Program-made: the position numbers and the translations under genes
The notes under the pieces: model-generated
Database searches by the model: none
Told to the model about the DNA's origin: nothing
What the model saw: only the letters and a program-made list of their open reading frames with translations
Part shown: positions 34,087-45,400 of the stretch, piece after piece
How the letters are laid out: every line of letters starts with the position of its first letter
Numbering within the stretch: the first letter of the stretch is position 1
Source: Cyanophora paradoxa CCMP329
Lineage: Eukaryota > Plantae > Glaucophyta
Length of the DNA stretch: 64,000 nucleotides
Assembly: GCA_004431415.1 (NCBI GenBank)
Contig: QPMI01000256.1
Location: 25,131-89,130 of the forward strand
Direction: 5' to 3'

Positions 34087-35428
34087 CTATGCCTTCGCCT
34101 GGCCCTCGGAGGCCTCGGCGGAGGAGGAGGCGGGGGCGGCGGCGGGGGCAGACGTGTCGGCGGCGGGTGCCGGAGGAGCGTCGGCAGCCGCATCGGGATC
34201 CGGAGAGGAGGCGTCGGCGGGGGCGGGGGAAGAGGAGGCGGCGGCAGGCTCCGCGGGGGCGGGCTGGGCCGGCTCTTGGGCCGGCTGCTGCGCCGGGGCG
34301 GGCTCGACGTCGCGCCAGGCGGGGAGGACGGGGCCGGCCGGCTCGGAGCTTTCCTCCGACCCGCTGTCGCCCATCGTGTCCATGCTCTCGTCCGCGGCCG
34401 CGCCCTCCGGCTTGGGCGGGTCGTACTCGTGGAGGGCCCGCCGCCACGCCCGCACCTCCTGGTCCCAGCGCCGCTTCGGCATCACCCGCGTCTTGTCCGG
34501 CGTGTTCGGCGTATTCGGGTCTGTCCGCCGCCGCTTGTTCCTGCGCACGCGCGGCCGCTCAGACACAGCGGCGACGAGCTCAACGTTGGCGCGCGCACTT
34601 CGGGACTGCCTTCACGTAGTTCTGGTAGCCGATGGTGTTCTTGCCCAAGTCGATCTGCTTCTGCCGCTGCCGGAGGCGCGTCGGGTCCGTCTCCTTCTGC
34701 AGCTTGGCGCTGAGCTTCGGCATTGGCACGTTCCCGCCGAATCGCAGAGCACGGCGAACGCGCTTGTCTTCCTCCGTCTCCTCCTGCGCCGCTGGCGTCG
34801 GGGCGACCTCTGCGGTCGACCGGATAAGCGATGTACGTGGCTCAATGAAAACCGATTGCGAATGCGCACCTGGCTTGGAGGGCGCTTCCGTGGCCGGGGC
34901 GGCGGGGACTGGGGCTGGAGCTGGATCAACCTTCTCTTTCTTCGCAGCCGGCTCCATCTTCTGGGCGCTGTTCTGTGTGCTGGAAGTCGGCAGCTGGGAC
35001 GGGCTGCGGCCCGTGAGCGCCGAGAAGTACGATCGCTTGGCGGCACTGCGGGTCGGAGTCGTGGCATCCGGCGCGGGCGCGGTCTTAATGACCACGGAAT
35101 CGCCGCTCTCGTCGATCTCCTTCAGCTGCACGGTCGAGCTTGAAGCTTGCTTGGTGGCGGTCAACGGGGGGAAAGAAGTCATGAAGACAGAAGCGCCAGG
35201 CGCGTCCTTCGCAATGCCGATCTTCTTGAGCGCAAGGTTCACACCGTCGTTGCTGTGCTCGACGGCCAGGTCGAAGAGGGAGGAGTGCTTGGGAATTGCG
35301 ACGCCATCGCGGCTCACGTCGTCGTCGATCATCGGGAAGGCGTTCGCGGACATTGGGAAGCAGTCTTGGCTGTCATCGTCGTCGACCATGTCCGCCCACT
35401 TGCGCGCGGTAAAGCCAGCGGCCGCCAT
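34087..35428 (-). CDS. SLBP: Histone mRNA stem-loop binding protein
   Basis: RNA-binding domain: ETDPTRLRQRQKQIDLGKNTIGYQNYVKAVPK|SER...TPNTPDKTRVMPKRRWDQEVRAWRRALHEYDP. N-terminal KWADMVDDD motif. Upstream exons are possible. Confidence 0.9.
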
Positions 35429-36356
35429 TGCGTTTTTGAAACTGGAAAGGCACGCGAGGTCAGGGGAAGTCGACAGCGTTCTGGGGGTCTGGCACGAACT
35501 CTCACGAACGCCTGCGCCGCTGCCTGGATCGGTCTGAAGTGCTCGCTGCTGGTCCGACGGTCGAGGCGAAAGCGCGGGACTTTTGAACTTGCTCAACGGG
35601 GTACAGGTTGTTCAAAGCAATGTACCCCCCAGTCGATCCGATCAAATTCACAACGCATCCGCGCCGATGCACGCGACAGTGCTATTACTGGCATGTACCT
35701 GCACAGCAGCGCCAGCGGCAGACGCTCTTCCCCCGTTCGCCGAATCGACCCCGATCTCCGAGCCTGTTCGTTCCCCGATCTCTCGCCGCTTCGATGCCCG
35801 TTGCGTTCTGGAGATGGGCTTCAGCAGATGGCCAACCGACTCGGCGAATGAGCGGTTCATGAGCCCCGCGCGCCGGCGCCCGTCTGTCGTCCGACCAACT
35901 TCAGCGCGCGCGCAACAGCGAGCAGCAGCTGTGCGGCCTGTGCCTCGAGCTTAGCTTAGTTCGCCGCGCGCGCGGGGCAAAGGCGGCAGGGCGTGCAGAT
36001 CGAAGCGTGTGAAGGCCTTCCTAGGCCTTCGTCGCCATTATCCTAGGCCTTCCTTGCGGCGGGAATCACTACGTCTCGTTTAACGTTTGCACGAAGTACG
36101 GAAGGTGGGCTGAAGGTCCCGTGCAACTGACCTGGCCTCGCTCTCGCATGCAAATTTAAGCTTCTGACGGTGTGGCGGCGGTGGCGTTTGCAGCCAAGGG
36201 TTTGAGAACGCGAAAGGGATCGGCCGCCATGTGAGAGAAACGTTAACTTGGCGGGATCACGCTTGGCAATTTCACCTGCCCTCTGGCCTGCAGCTGCAGC
36301 TGTTGTCCCGAAATTCCCGCGGAAGCGGAGACGGTGACGCGGGCGGGGCTGGCGAC

Positions 36357-37434
36357 ATGAGGGCGGCGGTGAGGCGGCGTGGGGCGGCGAGGACGACGCA
36401 TCTCGCGCTGCACCTCCCTGGGACGCCCAATTGCAACGAGGAGCTCGCGCCCTCCCTCCTGAGCAGGAGCCGCGGCCGCGGCTGGCCTCCCTCGGGCCGG
36501 CGCTCGACCCGCCGCTCCCGCCACGACTCGGGAGACGAGAGCGTGAGCCCGATCGAGGTTGGTCCGGGGCGGGGGCGGGGGCGGGGCGGGGGTGGCGTGG
36601 CGGGCGCTGACAAGGCGCAGAGGCAGGATTCGCGGTGCGCGGAGGCGCTGCCCTCGGACGAGGACCTCTCCCTCGACGGCATGGAGTTGGCGCGCCCTCG
36701 GCCCCGCTCCCGCCCCGCCGCAGCCGCTCACACACCGCCCCAGAACACGGACGGCAGCGCCGCGCTCGCGGATCAGATCGGGGACCTGCACATCGAGCTG
36801 GCGCGCCCCGCCCCGCCCGGGCCGGGCCGGGCGGCGGGGCCTCACACGGGGCGCGCAGGACGAGTCGTGGCTGACGCGCTCGCCGCCGCGCAAGAAGCAC
36901 GCGCGGACCTCGTTCGGGCCGCCGGGGAGCCCCGTGGTGCGTGGGGCGCGCGGGGGCACGGGGCATGGGGCGGGCTGACGGCGCGCAGGAGGGCGGCCGG
37001 GGCTCGCGGGGCAGCCGCGGGCGACCGACGAGCGTCGTGTGCGAGCCGTCGACGAGCCTGGTGCGGGGGGCGGGGGGCACGCCTGCGCCGGCTGACGGGC
37101 GGGGCAGTCGCCGGTGCGGAGCGCGGGGGCGGACTCGGCGCAGGAGGGGGAGGAGGGGCGGGAGTGCGGGGGCGGGGCGCTGGAGGGGGCGATGCGGTGC
37201 GACCCGCCGGCAGTGGTGCCGCGCTCGTCCTCGGGCTTCCTGCACCGGCCGAAGCCGACGCGGGCGGGGCTCGCGAGCTCCGTCGGCGCCCGCCGCCGCT
37301 CGTGGGGCGGCCCGCCGAGCCCCTCCACCTCCCCCCCCCCCTCGGCGCCGTCTCCGAGGGCGCCCTCTGGCCCCCGCTCACCGCCCCCGGCCTCTGCTTC
37401 CAGGGCTTCGCCCGCCTCCCCGGGCCCCCGGTAG
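36357..37434 (+). CDS. Hypothetical Ser/Pro-rich low-complexity protein (copy 1 of an inverted pair)
   Basis: Exon/intron pattern matches the local splice signals (SPIE|RQDS...MEL|NTDG...IEL|DESWLTRSPPRKKHAR). No recognisable domain; boundaries uncertain. Confidence 0.4.
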
Positions 37435-37487
37435 CTGTATAGCCCTCACCTTTCGACCGCAAGACATTTCTCGCCGGCGGGACGATT
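36547..37487. repeat. Left arm of a ~0.93 kb inverted repeat (right arm 40626-41551)
   Basis: Reverse-complement near-identity from AGCCCGATCGAGGTTGG to TTCTCGCC(G/A)GCGGGACGAT. Confidence 0.95.
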
Positions 37488-39050
37488 TCTTTTACTTCCG
37501 ATTTGACTTCTCATGCATATATGCTGCTGGAACCGTCGGAACTGTTACCTTAGTAAGCCTTTGACAAGTTGATGATATGACCACTGGGCCAGAAATCCGA
37601 GCAACTAGTACTGTCAGCTTGTCAGCGTACTTTCATCCCATCTTATCCGTCAATTCATTCGCAGAACGCGCGCAAAACGCTAGCCTAGTACTAGTTATAT
37701 AATTAGCCCGCTTGCCTACGCCCACGCCTAGACTAGATCATCGATCGGATGCCATGATGTTGACTTCCAAATTAGACTTCAGCTTGCAATTGAAAGCTTT
37801 TTAAGATTCTGCAACTGCCGCGCAGCGCATGGGCATAATATTAATATTAACATCGCCGAGTCAGTCAATATTACAAGGCCACACTCACGTGTGGTAAGCC
37901 CTGCCAATGCTATGCCTGCTGTCACAGTGTCCGCCTAAGTGATAGCTATAGCTGCGCGGAGCAGTCTGCAGGGGTATAGGAGGGCCTGGAAGGCGCAGTG
38001 GTCCGACTGAGATGGGCCCCGGCGGCCCGGCGGGACGGTCGGTGGTTCCGATTCTGATCATGAGCGCATGCGGTCAATGATAATATAATGTCAATCACCG
38101 AGTCGGTGTCGCTTTGGCGGACCATGTATTTCCGGTGTTGCCGGTGCAGGCAGCAACGGATGGCGTGCGAGCCAGTTAGCCTCCCGACGGGCCTCGAGCC
38201 AGTCCTGCCGACGACCCCAGCAACATAGTTCACCGCCCTCGGGTCCTGGAAGCACGTGCAACTTGTCCTGTAATGCTGCGCAGCAGAAATATCGAGGGCC
38301 GCGCTCACCTATGATGCAGCGCTCATAATCAGCAGCTTATAATTACCTATCGGCAGCGCTGCGCGAACATGTCAATTAATATTTTGGATTTGAGAGGCTG
38401 TCATATGCATGTAATTAATGCGCATGCACTTTCTCTCCAGGGGCATTTAAATGCGATGTAGGAAGCAGCTCGGGCTTGCTCTTCTTCTTCGTGCTTTTTC
38501 TTCTCCTCTTGCCGCGCTTTTTGTTGACGCGCGTCCTCTTGGCGTGCATATTCTTCACGTGCTTCTTGTTCCTGGCGCGCTTGTTTCTCTGGGCGCAGTA
38601 AGCTGACGGCTTCACGATCGCTTCGGTTCGAATTCGTCGCTTCGATATAGCGTACCTTTCTTACGCGCGCGGCACCTGTGTTGTGCCTCTGTGTTGCTCG
38701 TTGTTGAATACCCGGGATCAAGCGGCGCTGGCGCTGCTGCTGCGGAGCTGTGCGAATCCGGAGCTGCTGCGAATCGGACCCGCTCAGGCACACGCGCCTA
38801 CGTATACGCCTGATCTCGAGAAAGAAACTTGAAACGCACGTGGCCATGGGACAACAGCAACGATACGATTTTCGGATGGCATGGAACGGGCGAGGCGCGG
38901 GTCGATACGATTTTCGGATGACATTTTCGGATGACCTCTGCGACCAGCTGCAGCCCGGGACCGCGGCCGTCAGGAGCGGAGGACCGGCCGCGAGCGCGAC
39001 GCACCCCCACGCGCGGAGATCTTTGTCGATCGCGAACAACGTGAAGACGC

Positions 39051-39110
39051 AGAGGAGAGGAGAGGAGAGGAGAGGAGAGGAGAGGAGAGGAGAGGAGAGG
39101 AGAGGAGAGG
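39051..39110. repeat. (AGAGG)12 microsatellite
   Basis: Read directly from the sequence. Confidence 0.95.
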
Positions 39111-40581
39111 CCTAGGAGAGGGCAGGATCCAATCTTGTCTGTCGGGTGGATCCTAGCTGGCCATGGTTGATGGAGGCTCGAGCTCGCGATCGCCATGGCC
39201 AGGCCTAGGACCGGCTGATTCAAATTTCCCTGAGGGGCCCGGAGGTTCGAGCTTCAAGGCTTAAAAGCTTGAGGGAAGATTTTAATTTTCGAGCTCTTTT
39301 CTGAGGGGAGGTTCGAGCTTGAGGGAAGAAAATAATTCTCGAGGGCTCGAGCTCTTTAATTTTCTGAGTGGAGGTTTTTAATTTGGGTCGAGCGAAAAGG
39401 CTGGGTCTTCGCGCCCGGCGCGTCTACAAAGCGTGCGGAATGCTTCTTCTACATCTCAAATGCATATGCTACTGCTCTGCGCGCGCGCCGTGGCGTGGGC
39501 GCGCGGAAAGTTGCTCGGGTCTGTGAAGGATCGAATTCTTACCATTGGTCACCTTCCTGCACTGTTAACGTTCCGGCTCCGAAAACTGAATTTCGGGAGT
39601 GCGCTGTCCTTGCTAAGCCTATGCGCATGGATTGCGCGCGTCGCAGGACCGGGCGGGACCAGCTGGGACCGGCTGGATCAAACTTTCGGTCGACTCTCTG
39701 CACTGGAGCGTCCGCGGCGGTCGATTTCGAGCTTGCCGCAATGCGCCCGCTCTGGATTGTCGTTCTGCATCGCTCTGGCGCGCGTCTGATGCGCTTTTGT
39801 CGCGGGACCGGGCGGGACCAGGTCCCACTCTCTGACTTCGCGATCGAAGGTTCGGGGTTTGAGTACCGGATTCGATCCACGTCGGAAAATCGATTTCGCG
39901 CGACGCCCTCGAGAGAACGATCTCCTTAGGGGAGTCAGGACGCTAAAAATGGCTGTGTCCAAGGATTGGCGGACATGACATAGAAACTGCATGCCGCGAC
40001 TGGATCTTGTGGGGTATCGTGGTTTGCTGAATGTCTCGGGTTTGAATCCGACCGGAATTTCGCTCGGTGATCTGGGTTTCCGAAATTGGCAGGGCTAATG
40101 GGGGCGCGCCTGTAGCTAGCCTTGCCGAGTCGCCCCACGGCGCGCATGTCCCGGTAGTATGAATTCGAAGTGCCACGGTTCTCGGCGCACTGCGGCACGG
40201 AATATGATTCACTCGATACATGATAGAGGCCGCTGGATAATAACCTCTAAAACCTGGAATCCACTATCTTAAGAGGGGAACTCAGTGACTGAATTAGTCG
40301 AGTCATCGATTGGCTACACTTGAAAATGACGGCTCTCAAAAAGAATGCATGCAACGAATGCTATACACACTGCGACTGTACAAGAGCATTTCGGTTGACA
40401 GAAAATTCAATCGACTAGGGGCAAAGCTGAAGGTCGGGGAGCCGCTAAGCAAAACTGTTAGTTAAACTAGACGCCTGCCTGCCGGCCCTTGACAAACCGC
40501 AGGAAGCGGCGAACAGCACCGGGACGGGCCGAGAAACGCTGGGGGGTCCAGGCACAAAATAGCCCTTATGCTGTCGATATC

Positions 40582-41744
40582 TTACAGTCCCAGGGAGCAG
40601 CACGGCCGCTCTGGGCTTAAAACAGATCGTCCCGCTGGCGAGAAATGTCTTGCGGTCGAAAGGAGAGTGCTACCGGGGGAGGCGGGCGAAGCCCTGGAAG
40701 CAGAGGCCGGGGGCGGTGAGCGGGGGCCAGAGGGCGCCCTCGGAGACGGCGCCGAGGGGGGTGGGGAGGTGGAGGGGCTCGGCGGGCCGCCCCACGAGCG
40801 GCGGCGGGCGCCGACGGAGCTCGCGAGCCCCGCCCGCGTCGGCTTCGGCCGGTGCAGGAAGCCCGAGGACGAGCGCGGCACCACCGCCGGCGGGTCGCAC
40901 CGCATCGCCCCCTCCAGCGCCCCGCCCCCGCACTCCCGCCCCTCCTCCCCCTCCTGCGGCGAGTCCGCCCCGCGCTCCGCACCGGCGACTGCCCCGCCCC
41001 GTCAGCCGGCGCAGGCGTGCCCCCCCGCCCCCGCACCAGGCTCGTCGACGGCTCGCACACGACGCTCGTCGGTCGCCCGCGGCTGCCCCGCGAGCCCCGG
41101 CCGCCCTCCTGCGCGCCGTCAGCCCCGCCCCATGCCCCGTGCCCCCGCGCGCCCCACGCACCACGGGGCTCCCCGGCGGCCCGAACGAGGTCCGCGCGTG
41201 CTTCTTGCGCGGCGGCGAGCGCGTCAGCCACGACTCGTCCTGCGCGCCCCGTGTGAGGCCCCGCCGCCCGGCCCGGCCCGGGCGGGGCGGGGCGCGCCAG
41301 CTCGATGTGCAGGTCCCCGATCTGATCCGCGAGCGCGGCGCTGCCGTCCGTGTTCTGGGGCGGTGTGTGAGCGGCTGCGGCGGGGCGGGAGCGGGGCCGA
41401 GGGCGCGCCAACTCCATGCCGTCGAGGGAGAGGTCCTCGTCCGAGGGCAGCGCCTCCGCGCACCGCGAATCCTGCCTCTGCGCCTTGTCAGCGCCCGCCA
41501 CGCCACCCCCGCCCCGCCCCCGCCCCCGCCCCGGACCAACCTCGATCGGGCTTGCTCCATCGATATCATTCTGCTGCTCGGGCAGACCCTCGCCGGGATC
41601 TACAAATCCCGAAGGCGAACGAGGTCGTCCTCGGAACTTGCGATGACCTGTAGCGATGCACAGAAGGGATGGCGCGAGCTCCTCCTCCGATCGTCTCTTC
41701 TCGCCCAAAACGTGAAGAGGATCGCGCGCTTGTGCCTTTCGCAT
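40582..41744 (-). CDS. Hypothetical low-complexity protein (copy 2 of the inverted pair; 5' part diverged)
   Basis: Same exons as 36547-37434. The upstream part retains EELAPSLL but is otherwise diverged; start uncertain. Confidence 0.4.
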
Positions 41745-42466
41745 GACGATGAGCTTATGCTGGTGCTCTTCCGTATGCGAGACGAGAAGGCGATCTCAAT
41801 GACGAAGGCAATCTCTCTCAATGGAGATCTCGCCCGAACCGACCGCGCTGGTCGACGAGGCTACATGTCCGCTACCTCGCTCAGGGCATCGATGCGATCT
41901 GATCTCGCTGCAAAACGTCGCAAAGCAAACTTGGCCAACGAACTTGGCTCTGTTTCTGGTGGGGGCGACTTTGTCTGGGGTACAGTTGAGGCAAGACGGG
42001 GTAGAGGTTGCTCAAGGTTGGCGGTAGCGCCAGCCGTGCCACTTCTGAGCCCTAGCTAGGCTAGCGCGACGGCACGTGCCTCTGTCCGCGAGTCGTCGGG
42101 CTGAGGAAGCGCGCGACGCCCTCGCGTTGAGCTAGTCGAAGCGGATTTCGCCTGCTGGTTTGACCAGCAAGCAACGCTTTCTGGTGGACTGTTGTTTAGC
42201 TGCCGAGATTCGCACTCAAGCGCATCGCTCTCTCAAGGCCTTAGGGTCGGCCACTGCGACTCGGGTTGTACGGTTCGTGCGTACTTGTACGGTTCGTGCG
42301 TACTTACTGTTTGAACCTCGTCCGCGGCCGCAGGGCCCGCTGAATTCCCGCTTCGTGCGGCGCGCCCATCTGCCTTTCTGCCTTCAGCGTCCAAAGGTGC
42401 GCATGACAGGTTTCTTCCTTTTAGCGCTTTGCAGCACGTGTTCAGCTCATGAATCCTTCGCCAGCC

Positions 42467-45400
42467 ATGGTCGAGGATTCAAGGAGAAGAGTGGATGCGA
42501 GCCCACCATCGGCATCAAGCAGTCGCTCCGACGAAAGTATTCAGTTACTGATGAACTTGAAGTGTCGCTCATGGTCCTGACTTCTTGCAGCCGATGGGCA
42601 AGCCGACCAGTCAAAAGGAGAAGGAAAGGAAGACGGTGATTCGCGCGAGTCGGGAACTTCAAAGATGAACGGCCAAGAGCGAAAAGCGCGCGGGCGGGGC
42701 GGAGAGGAGGATGGGAATGAGTCGGAGAGCGACGGGGACGTGGAGCGGTGGCGCGGGCGATCGGAGTCTCGGGCGTCGCGCTCCTCTTCGCGCTCTGGTT
42801 CGGGCTCCGGCTCACCGTCCTCGCGATCCTCGGGATCCTCGCGGTCCTCGTCCCGCTCCTCGCGCTCGTCCTCCTCGCGGTCCCGCTCGCCCTCGCCGGC
42901 CGCCTCTGCCTCGGACCGCGAGGACGGCGAGGTGCAGGACCTGCGCCCCGACACGGAGGAGGACGCCGCCAGCGCCGAGCGCGCCGCCATCATCGTGCAG
43001 GAGGCCGGCCCCGCGCACGCCGCCTTCCACCCTCGGGCCTCGCTGAGGGGCGAGCAGGTGGCGGCCCTGCGCGCCGGGGGCGGGCCGGCGACGGCGCACG
43101 TGGTGCGGCGGCGGCCCGGAGGCTCGCCGGCGTACGTGCCGCGCCAGTCGGACTCGGAGTCGGAGAGCGACGCGGAGGAGGCGACGGCCGCCATCGGGCC
43201 CCTGCGGCGCTGGGAGGAGGAGGAGGACGACGAGGCCGGGGCCCGCCCGGCGAGGACGGCGCCTCCTCGACCGCCGCGCCGTCGCCACCGCCTCCTGCGG
43301 AGGGGCCCCCGCTTCGCCGCCGGCCCCGCGCCGCGCCGTCCGCTTCGCCGAGGGGGAGCTCCTCGGGCCCCACTCGGCGCTCTTCGAGGCCGGCGGCGCC
43401 ACGGCCGACGCGGCGGCGGCCGGTGCCGGGGCGCCGCGCTTCGTGGTGCCGGAGTCGCTGCGGGCGGCGGTCGTCGCGGGGGGCGCCCTCCCCGCCTTCC
43501 TGCAGGGCTCGACGGTCGTGCGCAAGAAGGGGCGGGCCGCGCCGCCGCCCCTCGAGCGCCTGCGCCGCCTCCCGTTCCGCATCCCGGACCGCTCCGACTT
43601 CGACCTGCGGGGTGCGGCGCCGGCCTGAGCGCTCGCCCCAGGCCCCGCCCCGCGGCGTGCCCGCCGACGCGGGGCGCAGCGGAGCGGTACTTCCGGGCCA
43701 AGTCGGAGCACGCGGAGCGGGCGCGCCTCGGCATCCTCAACCAGGAGCGCATCCCCCTCCCCTACTTCAAGCGCCTCAAGCGCAGTCCGCCCCGCCCTCC
43801 TCGCGCCCCTCCCTCGCCGGCTGAGCGGCGCCGGCGGGCGCGCAGACGTGTACGTTGAGCGGGAGGAGCGGTGCTGGAAGCGGGACGAGGTGCCAGTGTG
43901 CGACTGCGTCTACATCCAGGGCGTCTCCGAGTGCCACGACGAGTCCTGCATCAACAGGCCCGCCACTCCCTCCCCGCACCGGCTGCTCCCGCTCGCCTGC
44001 TCTGACCGCGGGCGGCGGCGGCAGGATGCTGAACGTGGAGTGCACGCTGGGCTACTGCCGGGTGGGCGAGCACTGCCGCAACACGCAGATCCAGCAGCGG
44101 CGCTGGGCCAAGACGGACGTCTTCCTGACGACGGACGGGCGCGGCTTCGGCCTGCGCGTCACCGACTACGTCCCCGCCGGCGACCTCGTCATCGAGTTTG
44201 TCGGCGAGGCGCGCCCGCTTCCTTTCCCTTCCTTTCCCTTCCTTCCTCCCTGACGCCGGGCCAGGTGATCCCCGACGAGGCGGCGGCGACGCGCCTCCTC
44301 GAGTACTCCCGCGAGGTCGGTCCCCTTGCTGCCCCCCGCCCTCCCCCCCTCGCCCCCGCCGAGGGGCCCCGCAGAGCATGAAAGCGTTCTACTTCGCCCT
44401 GGAGGGCAACGAGGTCATCGACGCCACCATCAAGGCGCCCCCGCCGCCCCCCGCCTCCCCCGCCTCTTCTGCTCCCGCCCCTGACCCTCGCCCCGCGGCG
44501 CGCAGGGGAACAACGCGCGCTTCATCAACCACTCGTGCAAGCCGACGTGCGTCGCGCAGCCGTGGTGCGCCCGCCCGCCCTCGCGCGGCGGATGCCCCGC
44601 GGGCCGCCTCCCGAGGCCGCGGGGCGCAGGCGGGTGAACGGGGAGACGCGGCTGGCGGTGTTCGCGCTGGAGGACATGCAGCCCGGCGTCGAGGTGCGAG
44701 CGCCCGGCCCCCCGCGCCGCCCTCTCGCGGCGAGCGCGGCCGCAGGTCTCGATCGAGTACAACTTCGACCGGGTGCCGCCGGGGGAGCGGCGCGAGCGCT
44801 GCCTCTGCGGGGCCCCCAACTGCCGCCTCTGGCTCGGCGCCCGCCCCTCGGCGGAGACGCCGGCGCCGCAGCGGCCGGCGTCGGCGGCGGCGGCGCTGCT
44901 GGGGCAGCTGGGGGCGGGGGCGGAGGGTGTCGGCGGGCGGAGGGCGAGGACGGGCTCTCGCGGGAGCTCGCCGCGCTGCTCTCGGCGCGGCGCCAGGCCC
45001 GCAAGCCCCTCGGCTCCTCCCTCTGGAAGATCAAGGAGCGCCTCGTCAAGGCCACCCAGCGGGTGCCCCCCCGCCCCCCGCCGCCGCGCCCTCCCCGCGC
45101 AACTGCTGACCCCGCCGCCGCCGCCAGACGGCGGACGCGGTGATGGACGTGAACCCGTCGAACGCGGGGTACAGGGAGGGCGCGAGGCAGCGGGGCCTCT
45201 TCCTCGCGCGCACCGCCATCCGCGGCCACCGCGCCCTCCTCGCCGGCCTCCAGGCCGTCGTCGACGTGCGCCGGCCCCGCCCCGCCTGCCGCACGCAGCC
45301 CGCCCCGCGCCCCGGCTAACGCGCGCCCGGCGGCCGCGCAGGAGGCGGCGCCGTCGGTGGGGCGGCTCTTCATGCCGGAGGCCTCTGTGCGGATGCCCTT

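Noticed and set aside
38401-39039. Minus-strand ORF with an E/Q/R/K coiled-coil segment
   Set aside because: Only ~60 codons look protein-like. There is no credible start or splice structure, and it sits in palindrome-rich spacer DNA; probably a remnant.
39220-39385. Two to three decayed ~55-65 bp direct repeats (GGAGGTTCGAGCTT...GAGGGAAGA) containing a B-box-like GGTTCGA
   Set aside because: No cloverleaf or A box was found, so it is not called as a tRNA or SINE.
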